DNA from: Basidiobolus meristosporus CBS 931.73
Lineage: Eukaryota > Fungi > Basidiobolomycota
Length of the DNA: 64,000 bases
Reading direction: 5' to 3'
NCBI GenBank assembly: GCA_002104905.1
Contig: MCFE01000508.1
Location: 950-64,949 of the forward strand
A program made the translations under genes and the position numbers. Below, piece by piece: positions 36,100-48,639 of this stretch; positions within the stretch are counted from its first letter, which is position 1, and every line of letters starts with the position of its first letter. The notes beneath the pieces are model-generated. The model did no database searches, was not told the DNA's origin, and was given only the letters and a program-made list of their open reading frames with translations.

Positions 36100-37900
36100 T
36101 TCTGATGGTGCCATTCTGGCCTGGTTGAGTCTCTTGCTTTGTAGTACTGGAGCAATCACTTCTGGGACATTGCAAGGTACTCATTCAGGCTGTGCCATGG
36201 TTGTAGAGCTCTTAGGGGTGGAATAGTCATGTTGTTTTGCTCTGATTCAATGCTGACCAATAGCATACTTGAGGTTGAATTTAGTCACCAATTAATTTCA
36301 TTCTTTGTGATAATGATGAACTTTCATCAAGCAATAGATTGCTGAATTTGCACAGTCTCCTTGCTCTAGTATTGTAGAGTCTGTATGCCTTAACTTTATT
36401 TTAATTGCTCAGAATTAATCATTTTACTCATTTTGACTCATATTTTGACTAATTTCTGGCTAATTTTCTGTTATAGTCTAAAGTGCCCTGCACTTAGTTT
36501 GCATTCATAGTTTGCCTTAATGGGAGGCATATTGGTAAGTATTGTGCTACACATGTTATGTTAATGTACACAGCTGCAGCAACTGTTTACACCCAAAAAT
36601 CATATATATGCCAAATTGGCTATTGATCTCTCTGCCCATTCTTACAGTCAATTTTGCAGTGAGAAGCATGACTCTGTAGTCCCTTGCTTAATGCCATGAG
36701 CTTTGGAGAAGTGGAAGAAGAGCTCCTGGTTATATTCACCGCCACAGTTGGAGCATTTTTGCTTGATTTGCCACCATATCCCTCTCCACCATGACTTTTA
36801 ACTCCCTGGACTTAAACAGGGTCTCTTCTTTTCTTTCCATGAAGTAGATATGGATGTATCCAGGATCATAGTTAAATGTTTATGACTACTGTAGTTCCAC
36901 AAAGGAAATTTTGCAGAGGTTCACCCAAATCTGAGTGTATTATAATTAACTTTTCTAAGTTTTGATAAGCGCAGAGCTCTTGAACAGTTATCTGGCTTGA
37001 TTCCCATACATATAAGCTTTGCAGTGCTCTAAATTAGCTGGGGATCAATTTTTAATATGGAGATTAGCTAATCTCTGATCATCTTACTCAAATAATCCAA
37101 ATTGATATGTCCAGATCCCCTGCACCAAAGCTTTAATGTCTCTACATTTTAGTTACTTGTGTTGGCTCCCAGCTATGATAAAATATAAGGCAATTTATAT
37201 AGATTCTGATATGTGATACTCAAAGCATTACAGGCATGATCTTGATCAGCAATCCTGCATCCAGAATTGTCAAAACTGAAGCGGAATACTTCTGCTGTGG
37301 CCTTGCTTACAGATAGTGGGTTTTTGGCTATTGCTGATACATGAAGTACCTGGTTGAAGGTGAGTGTGTGGCTTCTGCCACCTTTTCTATGGCATACTTC
37401 AATATTTACTTCTCCAAATGCATCAAGTTCTATTGTAACACATGAAATCCTTCTCAATTGAAATTTCTTGATATAGGGCAAAATATTTTTTGTGGTATGT
37501 AGATTATTGAGATGTTCCAGATTCAATATACTATATATGCATATCCTTTTTTGTAGTTATTTTTGGCCCAGATATGAGCTGCCCAACTTCAATTGTTGCA
37601 GTATTTCCATATTAGGGCTTTTTCTGCTGACTATCTCTCATTTTGAAGCACTAGTCTGATGTTTGCTCTTTCCTTTTGGAGTAGTTGCAAAATAAGATTT
37701 TATTGCCTTTCAAGGGTCTTGGGCTTCTCCATTGTTGGTTGTTATTGCTTATTAAAGCATCATATACTTCCTTCTTACTGGAGCTTGATTTTCTTAAATC
37801 TTCATCCAGCAGCGTTCTCCCTATAAAAAATAACTTGGTCCCACAGGTGGATCCAATCCAGAACAGCCATCAAGATCCCTTTAGGGGACCAGAATAATAC
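36100..37900 (-). pseudogene. Copia-A-related fragment (gag end, protease, GAG-pre-integrase, integrase); ends approximate
   Basis: NPLSVSKATAEVFRFSFDNSGCRI...YQNLYKL is homologous to 62045-62430, and DNA homology extends to 61170-61900. Confidence 0.8.
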
Positions 37901-38572
37901 CAGCAGCTTGCAATTAATGCCCATCCACAAAATCTCATGAAGAGATCACAATGTCATTTTGCTAATTTTACCACCAAATAATCTTAAAGAACATGCCAGT
38001 ATCTGTACAGTGTTTTAGCAAGGGTGGCATGGCATTGTTGCAGTCTTAGTGTGCTCCACAACTATTTAAGTGGATCAAATTCACCAGTACATTGAATTGT
38101 CCAATATGGCAAAAAAGTTGGTAGTGCTTTAATGGCCACCTTGCGGGCCTTAGATGGTATTGTGTTGGCAGTACAGCAGCCTACAGCTAATTCCATATAA
38201 AGCTACAGTACCAATTTACCAGAAGGCATTTCCTTTTTCTACCTCCCCTTACAATTCATATATTCAACTATGGAATCACCCACCTTTATTTGCTCACCCA
38301 CTGCTACCTTGGGTATTCCACATAAAGTTTGAATCAAAAAATACTATGACCTCCAGCTTACTAGCCTCTACCAATGCACATACCTGCTGCAATTGACATA
38401 CTTCTACCACCTCCACTTTACAGCTTTTTAGTGCAATACTTGCAAAGTTACCATATAACTGGTATTGCTGGTAGCATATACATCTTGCAAGCATATGCAT
38501 GGTTGCTGCCACTTCTGCCATGAATACCTCCTGAATATCTGCAAAGAACTTTTCAGTATTTAGCCAATATAT

Positions 38573-41500
38573 TGTTACAAGTCTTGGTATCAGAGTTGAA
38601 GAGGAATAGGGAGTTCAGTTAAAATTATATTCACTAAAACTTGAGCTGATCTTTATTGAGGTTTCAGCAGCTCCTTACATACATTTTGCCAGATCAATTG
38701 CTGACTAATTGTATTTCCTAATGTAGGTTGTGGCTGATGACTCATTTAATTGCATCATCATCACCCAATAAGATCCTACTTAATATATCTATTTCTGTCT
38801 GATGAGGATCTGCTGATTCATTTGCTGACTAATGCTACTGATTTGATAGATAATACTGATATACAGATAAGCTAAACATATAACTATTTGATTTGACTAA
38901 AAACTGATCTGACTTAAACATTCAAGCAGCAGCTCATAATGTTCTCCCCCAATAGAGTTGAGAGGGATCTCCTGAATCTCTTTTCTTGTGATACTAATAT
39001 CTTGCTGGTTCAGTATTATCAGCAAGACTTGCAAGCTTGAGTCTGTCTATATGCACTAATTCTTCCTGGATATTGCCTTATTTGTCTACTAGTTTGTAAG
39101 TTGCAAATTGTCATTCTTGCATGATCTTGAATGGTCTTGTCCATTGTGGCTCAAAATTTTTAAGAGTGTTGTTTCTGAGCACTACAAAGTTCCCAACTGT
39201 CAATGCTTCTGGTGCTATAGTCTTATCAGATCTCTGCTTCATCTTTTCATCACTTTGAGATACTTTGGCCTGTGCCTCTTGGCACCTTTGTTCCATTTGG
39301 TGGTGTCTACTTGGCTGACTGAGTTCATCCCCTGAGGTCTCTGTAAGCTTTGGTTGTGTGAGATCTCCTGGAATCCTTGGTTCACATCCATACACTAAGT
39401 AAAATGGTGATTGCTGGGTGGTGTTGTGTACTCTGACTCTGCATGCAAAGAGTGCTTGGACTATATACTCATCCCATCTACTGACAACTCCATTTGCATA
39501 CTTGGACAGCATTTTGCCAAATAGTCCATTAAACTGTTTGGTAACTCCATTAGTTCTGGGGTGATATACCAAGGTTTTCAAGTGTTTGATCTGCTGCATT
39601 TCCAGGTAAGCTTCCAGTGTCTTTGCCCTAAAGTTTGCACCTCTATTGGATAGAATCTCTATCTGGCATCCAAACTTCATAAGGATCTCACGGTAGATGA
39701 AACTTGCAACTTCTTGTTCACTGGCTGTTGGTACTGCTTTAGCCACTGGCCATGTAGTGGCATAGTCAATAGTTACTAGGATTCAATGTTTGCATTTCCT
39801 GGTAGTTGGCAGTCTTCCAATAAAGTCAATTCCCCATCTTTTGAATAGTCTAACAGCCTCCAAAGAAAGAGTTCAGCAATTCTCTGTGGTTGGCCTTGGT
39901 TGATTTGGCAATTTGGGCATGTTTTCACTAGCTTCTCAATGTCATGTTTCATTCTAGGCCACCATGCTCTGGCTTTCACAAGGCTATAAGTTCCTTCAAT
40001 TCCCAGATGTCCATATCCATTTTGTAGCTTGAGTATTAAATCCAGGCAAGAAACATAAGGGCAATAGGCAATGGGGCTTCCATCAACAATTTGGTAGAGT
40101 GTTTCATCCTGTACTACAAATTTGCTGGCTTCATCCTGGATTATCTTCTTGATATCTTCATCCACCTCATTAGGAATGGCTTGGTTCTCCAAGTACTTTG
40201 TTAATAGGCTAGGCCAATATGACTCATGCACCAAGTTGAGTTATGCAACTTGTTCTAATCTTGATAAGGCATCAGCAACCATGTTGTTTTTTCCAGGGCA
40301 GTAGACAATATCCAAATAAGATTGCTGAATGTAATCACACCTTCTTGTCATTTTTCTATAGAGTACCTTCTGAGTGAATATATACTGAGGGAGGCATGAT
40401 CAGTCTTCACAGTGCATTTGACTCCTTCAATATAGCATCTCCATGTCTTCAAACAGTGTATTATAGCAAGCATCTCCTTCTCATGTACTGGAAAGTTTTG
40501 TTCTGCTGAGTTCAGTTTCCGGGATTCAAAGGCAATGGGGTAGTCCTTTCCCTTGTGTTCTTGGCTTAACACTCCACCAATTGCATAATCTGAAGCTTCT
40601 GTGCACAGAGTAAGCTCTTTTCTAGAGTTGGGTATTCTTAAGCTTGGCAGCTTAGCAAGTTCATTCTTGAGCATCTGGAAGGCAGTTTCACAAGCTATGT
40701 CCCACTTGTAGGTATTGTCATTCTTAAGGATATCAGTTAAAGGGGCTGCAATACTTGCAAAGGACTTGACAAAGCTCTGATACGCTGTGGGGCTGCTTTG
40801 ATTCTTAATAACTTCAACCTTCTTAGGGTCTAAGGTTACTCCTGTGCTATTCACTATGTGCTATGAATAGACACAAGGCAGGAGAGTAGGACTAGGCAAG
40901 GCAGGACCAGGAAAGGACTTAGGTGTGGATCAACAAGGCAAGGCAGATTTTGAAGGCAAGGCTGTTTATTCAAGACCTGTGTTTATCATACTGAGGAATA
41001 CTAAAGGGGGGATAGGACTATATATACTTTTGGCTATACTGATGCCAAGATATTAGCTATTACTAAAGGGGTTGTGGGGTGAGGCACAGCAGCAGTGCTG
41101 GGGATAATAATATAGAAGGCAAGGCACTGAGACAGGATGGGGAAATAAATTGGGTCAACTGATCATGTGACCTGGTACTTCCATATATGGAACTAGACTA
41201 TGAAAAACCCAATGGGAAGCTTCCATGGAATGTTCCATTGTGTAACAATGGTTTGGGATGGTCAGGAACTTTCTGCAAGGTGGTGGAAGGTTCCAAAAGG
41301 AATCTGTTAGAAATTGAGCTAGGAAGCTGAAACTTGGCATGGGTGTTAATCCTTACTGGCTGAGTATATGGTTGATTATATGAGAGTTCCCATCAGCTGT
41401 TGTGACTAAGGTTGACTTGGTGGGTTCCAAGTTGATTCCAGCTTTCAAAGCAAATTGCTCTGACATGTACTCATGCATTGCTCCTGAGTCAATTATGATG

Positions 41501-42750
41501 TGGGCAGGTACTCCATTGATTACTCCATTTCAGTATAATAACTTTCCTGAGCTTGGGGTCATCTGTGATAGGTATTCTTCTGTCATATGGAAGGTGAGTT
41601 CTGAGTCTTCTTCAAGTTCATCCTCCTTGTTACTATACTCCAGGGCCTCAATATTGTTAAAGGCTCTTGATGACTGGTGTCCATTTCTTTTCTGAGGGCA
41701 GTACTTTGCAATATGTCCCTGCTGGTGGCAATTGAAACAAGGTCCTTTCTTCTTACATTATTCTGAGGTAGGATTCTTCTGCATAGCATCTATTTCCATT
41801 GGCACTGCTTCCAATTGTCTTCTTTCACAGTGATAGTAGCCTATCTGATTAGTCATTTTGTGCTTCCCAACTCCAAACATAGCTGAGTCATAGTCAATGG
41901 CAATCTTGATGACTTCTTCAATAGTGTGAGATCTTCAATAATTCACTTCCTTACAAGTTCTTTCTTTCAACCCATCAACAAAGTATTTCACTTGATCCAG
42001 AGGGTCCATTCTTTCAATTTGCCCAAGTACATCTGTATTCATAGATGTACTCTTGGACCATTCCTTTCTGTTTGAGTGTCTTCAACTTTCTTCTTAGTAG
42101 TGTCTATTGGTGTGGGGGCTCAAAGGCATCCTGAATTTCCAACACAAACTCATCCCAGGTAGAGATTGTAGAGCATCCCATCATGGTGGCTGACCTGATC
42201 TTGTTGTGGTACCACTGTAAAGCTGCATCTGCCAGGTAAGAGGCTGCATAATGTAACTAGCTTTCTGGAGTAATTCCCTTAGGCTTGAAAGCTTCTTCAA
42301 TCTGGAAGAGCCAAGTTCCCAGGTTTTCATTGACTCTACCATGGTACCAGTTGACCTTCACACTAAAGTTGCTATTGACCAGGTTTTGCTGGCTTTGGGC
42401 CATGGTAGTCATTCCTTGTTGCTGCTGGCTAAGGATCTGGAGTAATTGTTGCTGCTGGGCCAGGATTTGTTGCATAGCATTCTTTCATTCTTGATTTTTG
42501 GACATCTTGAGGGAGGCTTCTTTCTTCAGGAGGGAGGTTTTTGGTCATTGCTGCTAGCAATTTTTCAAGTCTTGGTATAAGAGTTGTAGAGGAACAGGAA
42601 GTTTAGCTTGCATGATATTCACTAAAACCTGAACTGATCTTTATTTAGGTTCCAGCAGCTCCTTATATGCATTTTGCTAGATCAAATGATGACTAATTGT
42701 ATTTCCTAAAGTAGTTTGAGGCTGATGACTCATTTCTTTGCATCATCATC
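38573..42750 (-). mobile_element. Degenerate family G gypsy element; RT core missing, 5' LTR truncated
   Basis: 3' LTR 38573-38941 with PPT complement TTCTCCCCC, then integrase, RNase H, protease and gag ORF pieces. PBS at 42550-42560, partial 5' LTR 42561-42750. Confidence 0.93.
40859..41290 (-). repeat. LTR fragment of the chromovirus family inside gypsy G; right end approximate
   Basis: TGCTATGAATAGACACAAGGCAGG... matches the LTR ends at 56693 and 60698. Confidence 0.8.
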
Positions 42751-44313
42751 TTGAAGTGATTGGGATATAGTAGTAGCTGCAATTTGACTTTTCTTCCTAT
42801 CTTCCACGTTTCTGCTCCATAGGAAACTCCCAAAAGGTGAAGCAAGGCCCAATATTCTCCACGTACCATGCAGGATGGAGTGGAGAATGGACACAGTAGC
42901 AGCAGAGATCTAAGTATTCAGCTTTATATTTGTAGTATAGCCATTCAAATACATTTACAAACTCTTCACACAACAGCTATAGATGCATCAAGTAGGCATT
43001 GGTGATCTGCTTCTGGATAAGCATTCCTACAATGTCCACATATGACTCCCAATGCTTCCATTGTACTCTTGGTTGCAATGGCTTCAGAACACCACTTGAA
43101 TAAATACGTAACCAGTTTATCGAGTCTTTGCATTTGTGTTGTTGCACATGAATATGAATATTAATTGGAGCTCATGAGAAGTACTTAGGGTAGTGGATAC
43201 TCTGTAATATCTTGCCAATTCTTTCAAATTTCTCTAGTATCTCAAAGGGCTCATTTAGCTTGAAACGCCCAAGGTACAACTTGATTATCAGTATAGGGAT
43301 ATTGTTGAAAAGCAAATGCATTTCTCCCAGTGGAAAGTGTTTGCTCCAACAGATATCATCTATCTTAAGTGTCTCCAGTTTCCCATTGATTCCATATTCT
43401 GGCCAATGGTATATAGCTTGCCAACCTTGCTGCAATTGCATGCTGACTTCTGTACATTCTCTCTGTGGAAAGATGATGTTCTTAGTGCTGGTGTTTAGGT
43501 AAGAATAATGTGTGTGAGTTATGGAGTAAGTCCCCTGGATCTCACACATTTGACAGCAATACCGTCCATTGTGCCTGAAAAAACCTGCTATCTGCTGATG
43601 GCTGGGGTATTTCCAATGCATATAATACTATGCACTTTTATATAATGGCTATTAAATGTTATCCTACTGGAAAGCATACAAAATTCATCCAGCAATGGAT
43701 ACAGGTTGCTACCCAGATTGGACAGTGATTTAGGTCCAGATACCAGTGGGACTACCATCAGATTATTGCTCTAATACTGTAAGATGGGCAGCAGATTCAG
43801 ATCAATGAGAATCAGTGGCCAGTAAGATTTGCTGGTAAAGTACTTGTTTAATGGGAATCTATCAATTGCTAAGGCAAAGGCATGGCCATACATACCTTCA
43901 AAGTAGCCCTTGCTTCCTAGCTGCTTGTAATGTTTGCCATCAAATATATTGGATATGTTTTTGCTTGATTTATACTGAGTGTGGTACTGTATAGCTTTCC
44001 AATATTTATTGGACTACATCAGCTTCCTCAGACAGGGAATGACTGGAATATATCCAGAGTGTGAACAATGTTTTCTCTTAATGGTGGTGGATTTCTGAAA
44101 ATTTGGGCATGTTGCAATGGTAGCATTTTTGAATGTGAATGCCATGCAACTGTTACACATGCTGGAATTGAGACAGTCTCTGGATCACATGTTGCCATCC
44201 ACATGATGGTTGTCCACTTATACCATGTACATGCTATGTTGCATCCTGGTATGACTTGGCAAGAAGTAGTAATAAATCCTCAAAGACCCCAATACTGATA
44301 TTAGTGGAAACAC

Positions 44314-45118
44314 TGTGATAGGGTAAACATACCTCCCACAGACAAGTTTATTCATATAGCCATTATGATATACTTATTCATATTTTATCTTATCAGTATT
44401 ATCCCATTCTTCTTTTGCCCATATTATCAGTATTATCCCCGTATGATGTTTACCCTGATTAGTTATTAGCATTAGTTATCCCAGATGTTATTCAGCTTTG
44501 TGATCAGTATATGTATCTACATAAGGCAAGTACCGGTGCCGGTACCTGTGACACATGACCTAGGTCTGTGTTACCATCCCTACCAATTCAATACCATATA
44601 TGGTATTTCTATATTGCACAGGTTTCAGACTGCTGATTCCTGATTGGTTGAATGTGCTGTGCCTTTTAGAACCTTCCAGGACATTCTTGGCATACTTTTA
44701 GCTCATAGTGATGTCACCAAGAATTCCACTGATGCCTAGAATCTTCTAGATCCTTGTCATTAGTAATCACTTGACAATCAGGAAAAGTATTTAAGGGAAA
44801 GCAATCCCTCATCAATAAATCATCCCTTCTATCAGTAACACTTCTCCCTTATTGATTAGCAGTGGATCGCGGCACCTACCTTTAACAGTTACATCTCAGA
44901 CTTGCCATCAAGGGGCTTTTCAGGGTAGTGAACAAGACACACAGAGACCTTTGAAGACACTTGGAGCATCTAGGAAGCTAGAGAAGCAGGAGCTTTTACC
45001 ATAGTGGCATATTGACAAAGACACCAGCAGTTTTGACACAGAATTTATTGCACCCATCAGACACCTCACACACCTTAAGTTGTGTAACTTCTCCCAGGAG
45101 CATCTCTACACCACCACA
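44314..45118 (+). mobile_element. Solo LTR (805 bp) of a diverged family T subfamily
   Basis: TGTGATAGGG...CACCACCACA ends and a central block shared with the T LTR. ACAC lies on both flanks, and the host rejoins as in the homolog at about 51355-51380. Confidence 0.85.
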
Positions 45119-48100
45119 ACACGCCACTTCTCTAGCTGCAACATTAAATCATTCACCAGTAGATGGATTACTAGGCTCACGTGGCTCCATAAAGTATCCT
45201 TGGCATTTGCTTCAATTGGTGTTGTCTTGTTGCATATGGTGATTTTACTGGGCTCATATGTGGTACTATTGTTAGGAGAGGTAGGCTCAAAATCCATCAG
45301 TGAGCTGTCTTTGTCAGAGCTATCACTCTGCATGCCATATTCAGAAGGTTAAAGTGATCCTAAAGGTGTCAAAAACCCACCTGACTCAGTTTGCACAAGG
45401 TGACAAAGATGACCAGGTGCCAATATAGAAGTATCAACTGGCCAGCAAGATAATGTTGGTACAGTAGTGACCAAGGAATGATCAAATATGACTTGTGTGG
45501 TAAAACACTGGCCATGATCCTTGTAATACTTCCTACACTGTCTGTGTGCTTCATGGCTGAGCAGCTTGCCACAATAGCCACATGATCTTTTTTCTCTTCT
45601 CTTACAGCATTGAGTCAAAGTAGTCCTGTCCAAGGGGCAAGCAGTTTGGCCTTCAACAACATAATACTATTACATCATATTTTGGTCAATACTCATGTAA
45701 GCTTAAGACAGTCTTGTATTTAAGACATTGCACCTGCATGAATGTAAGATTCAATGATGACTTGCCATAGTAAACATTATTAATATAGTTGTGGCACCAC
45801 ATACACATGTAAGTGTAACACTATTTCCCCTTTGGTTTGACTCACTTCCATATATATGCTGCCAGAAAATAAAGCAAAGTTATCTGGTTCCCAATTAAAT
45901 CCACCGCTGATGGCAACAGAGGAATGGTTGGACAACAGCTTGCTTTGACATTCAGTGCAACAAGTGGGGCTACATCCAAAAAAGGCCCTGTGGACAGTGT
46001 GCCCATTGAAGGTAATAATGCAGACTCCTCAGGCTCTCCGTCAAGTAGGCAACTGAGAACCTCTGCAAATCCACAAGCTAACTGTTATGCTCAGAATGAT
46101 GAGAATGTAGCAAATGCAGTACCCTTAGTTGAAGACCAGCAAGTGGCTGGCATAACATCACCACCACCCATATTAGCAAGTATGTTGTCAGCTCATACCA
46201 AAGCATTTGGGTGTAGTGAGTGATAGGATAGATACAATGGCCCAGAGAAATCAGGAAATAGCCCAGAAACAGGAGGAGGTGATAATATATGTAGAGCAGT
46301 CAATGTTCTGGTAGAGAAAGCAGTATCTTTGCTGCAAAGAAGGAACTCAAGTAGCTCAATGTCACAGCCAAGAACTGAGCCATTTCCTAATGTAACAGGA
46401 GAGGAGCACTGTACAGACTTTGAAGCACAACAACATGCCCAAAGATGAAGCCCATAGAAGAACCTACCACAGCATGGGAGGGGGACATTGTGACATCCAT
46501 ACCAGAGCCTAAAAATCAAAAGACATTGAAGATCTGTGATGCTGCTGAGTGCAATAATGAAGAGTGGGGTAATATTCAGGAAGCTCTCAGAAGTCTAGCA
46601 CACCATCACCTTAAGGCCAGCATGCCTTGGGACTATCAGGTACTCAGGCCAAGCAGAATGCCCTTTATTAGTTCTGTGAGCATTATCTTAGACTCTGACA
46701 GGCAAGCAGACTTTGGGCCAGCATTTGTATGCTAAGAAAGTATTGTAAGAATAGAAGAAACTATCAATGGCAGAAGAACAAGGGTGCCATGGCTAAACGC
46801 CAGCAAGTTCTTCAAAGCCCATTACAAGCAGGGCCAAAAGCTCCAGACAAGCATCAAAGAGATGTCAGGTAACTGTAAGTGTGCCAATTATGGACAAGCA
46901 GGCAGACACAGATGCACTAGCACAACACTTAACAAGAAAAAAGCGTGATACCACTCAAGAAGCACTCAGTCAAAGTAGCAGTGAAGGACCTGGCAGTGAT
47001 AAAAACAAGCAGCTTTTACAGGAGCCCTTAACAATGATAGTTCAGAGATTGAAACAAGCAGAAAAGAAATGTCACATTGCCAGAAGAGCGCCAGCAAGGG
47101 ACAAGCAGGGCAAAACAGATGTGTCAGAGCGGAATTTATCCAGGAGAAAACAAGTTCTTTACAAGAAAAATCAGACATAATAGTAGTGAAAGACCTGACA
47201 GTGATAAAGGAAAAGGGAAAGGGAAAAACATCTACCCAATCCTGAAACAGGGAGGCATGAAAAAAAACTGCAGTTCTTGCCAATTAAAGCTGCAAGTCTG
47301 GAACAGACTGAATCCCATCATAGCCAAGAAGAATTACCAACAAGAAAACAGCTGTTTTCACAAGAGTTGGAAGCGCAGCCAGTTGAGTTATACTCCAGTA
47401 AGGTAGATGAGTTTGCTGTAAAAGGCAACTTGTCTACTACAGCCCCCACATCCTCCAGTGATGACATATTGGAGATCCCACTGACAGACAAGGCTACAAT
47501 GGCAAGAGCTTGATACACTATCACAATGCCTTCAGTGGAATTCTGGAACATTAATAGGCACACCAAGAGGTTGCAGCACTTCTTCAAGTGCAGTGCTCAA
47601 GAAAACCCACTGGAATATTGCAAGGATTTATTGCAAAGACTGGCGGATGAGGTGTTAGACCTTCCAGTGCTGGCTGAAGACCGGGATGTGTGAGAACCAG
47701 TGAATGAACAGTGGCATAAAGCTGTTGGGTTCCCACCAAAGTTGTGGAAGTAGAGTATTACATCAGAAATACTTTTTTTGAGCAGTGGATTTTATGGAGT
47801 TACTTGTTGAGCATAGGGCTAGGCTTAATGTTAGTGTAGGGTATAGGAACTTGTATAGGTCAATTCAATTGGCTATTGAGGTATAACTGAAGTTTCAATG
47901 GAAATAAATCAATATGTATGCATGGAAAGTAAAAGAAATGGTTGAGTCAGGAAGTAAGGAGTGTGAAAAAGAGGCACTAGCCAATCAATGCACACAAATG
48001 TAGGAGGTGATAGCATGTCTGGGATCTGAAGGTGAGCAAATTTGCAGGGAACCAATCAAAAGTCACTTATATATTATTGTGATGAAAAAATTTCACTAAG

Positions 48101-48639
48101 CTTTTTGTGAAATCTGGGGTGCAATGATTTTTCAACAGTCTCTGGACAGTGTCCTGACAGGATCAGTACCTCCTAGTCATGGGACTTTAACTTTGTGATG
48201 GTCTTTTGATGGGATCATTACAATAATTTTCCATAGGGCTCTGTACATTTTCTCTGCAGACCAATGACGTTCCTAGTGTTGGTGTTTGGATAATAGTAAT
48301 GTGTGTGAGTTACAGAGTAAGTCCCCTGGATTTTGCATATTGGACAGCAATACCATCCATTGTGCCCTGAAAAGCTGGCTACCTTGCTGATGGCTGGTGT
48401 ATGTTCAATGGAGATAATAATATGCGCTTTGATATAGCCACCATTTTTCATTATCCTGCTGGAAGCACACAAAATTCATCCAGCAATGGATACCAATAGC
48501 TATCCTGGTTGGATGGCAATTTAGGCCCAGATAACCTTGAGACTACAATCATATTTCTGCTCTGATACCATGAGATAGGCAGCAGATTCAGGTTGATGAG
48601 AATCAGTGGCCAGCAGGATTTGCTGGTAGAGTACTTGTA

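Larger units (their letters stand above)
31250..36100. mobile_element. CACTA/EnSpm-like element, copy C1 (transposase minus, ORF2 plus); termini not found
   Basis: Colinear with C2 and C3 over transposase, spacer, ORF2 and the 3' region. Confidence 0.8.
37900..48240. mobile_element. CACTA-like copy C2, interrupted by gypsy G and a solo LTR; ends approximate
   Basis: Transposase pieces at 37900-38572, 42751-44313 and 45119-45739 (GFFRHNGRYCCQMCEIQG). ORF2 starts at 45856. Confidence 0.78.

Noticed and set aside
35950-36100. CACTA terminal inverted repeat at the right end of C1, C2 or C3
   Set aside because: Each copy is truncated by another sequence, and no shared CACTA/TAGTG-type terminus or TSD could be identified.
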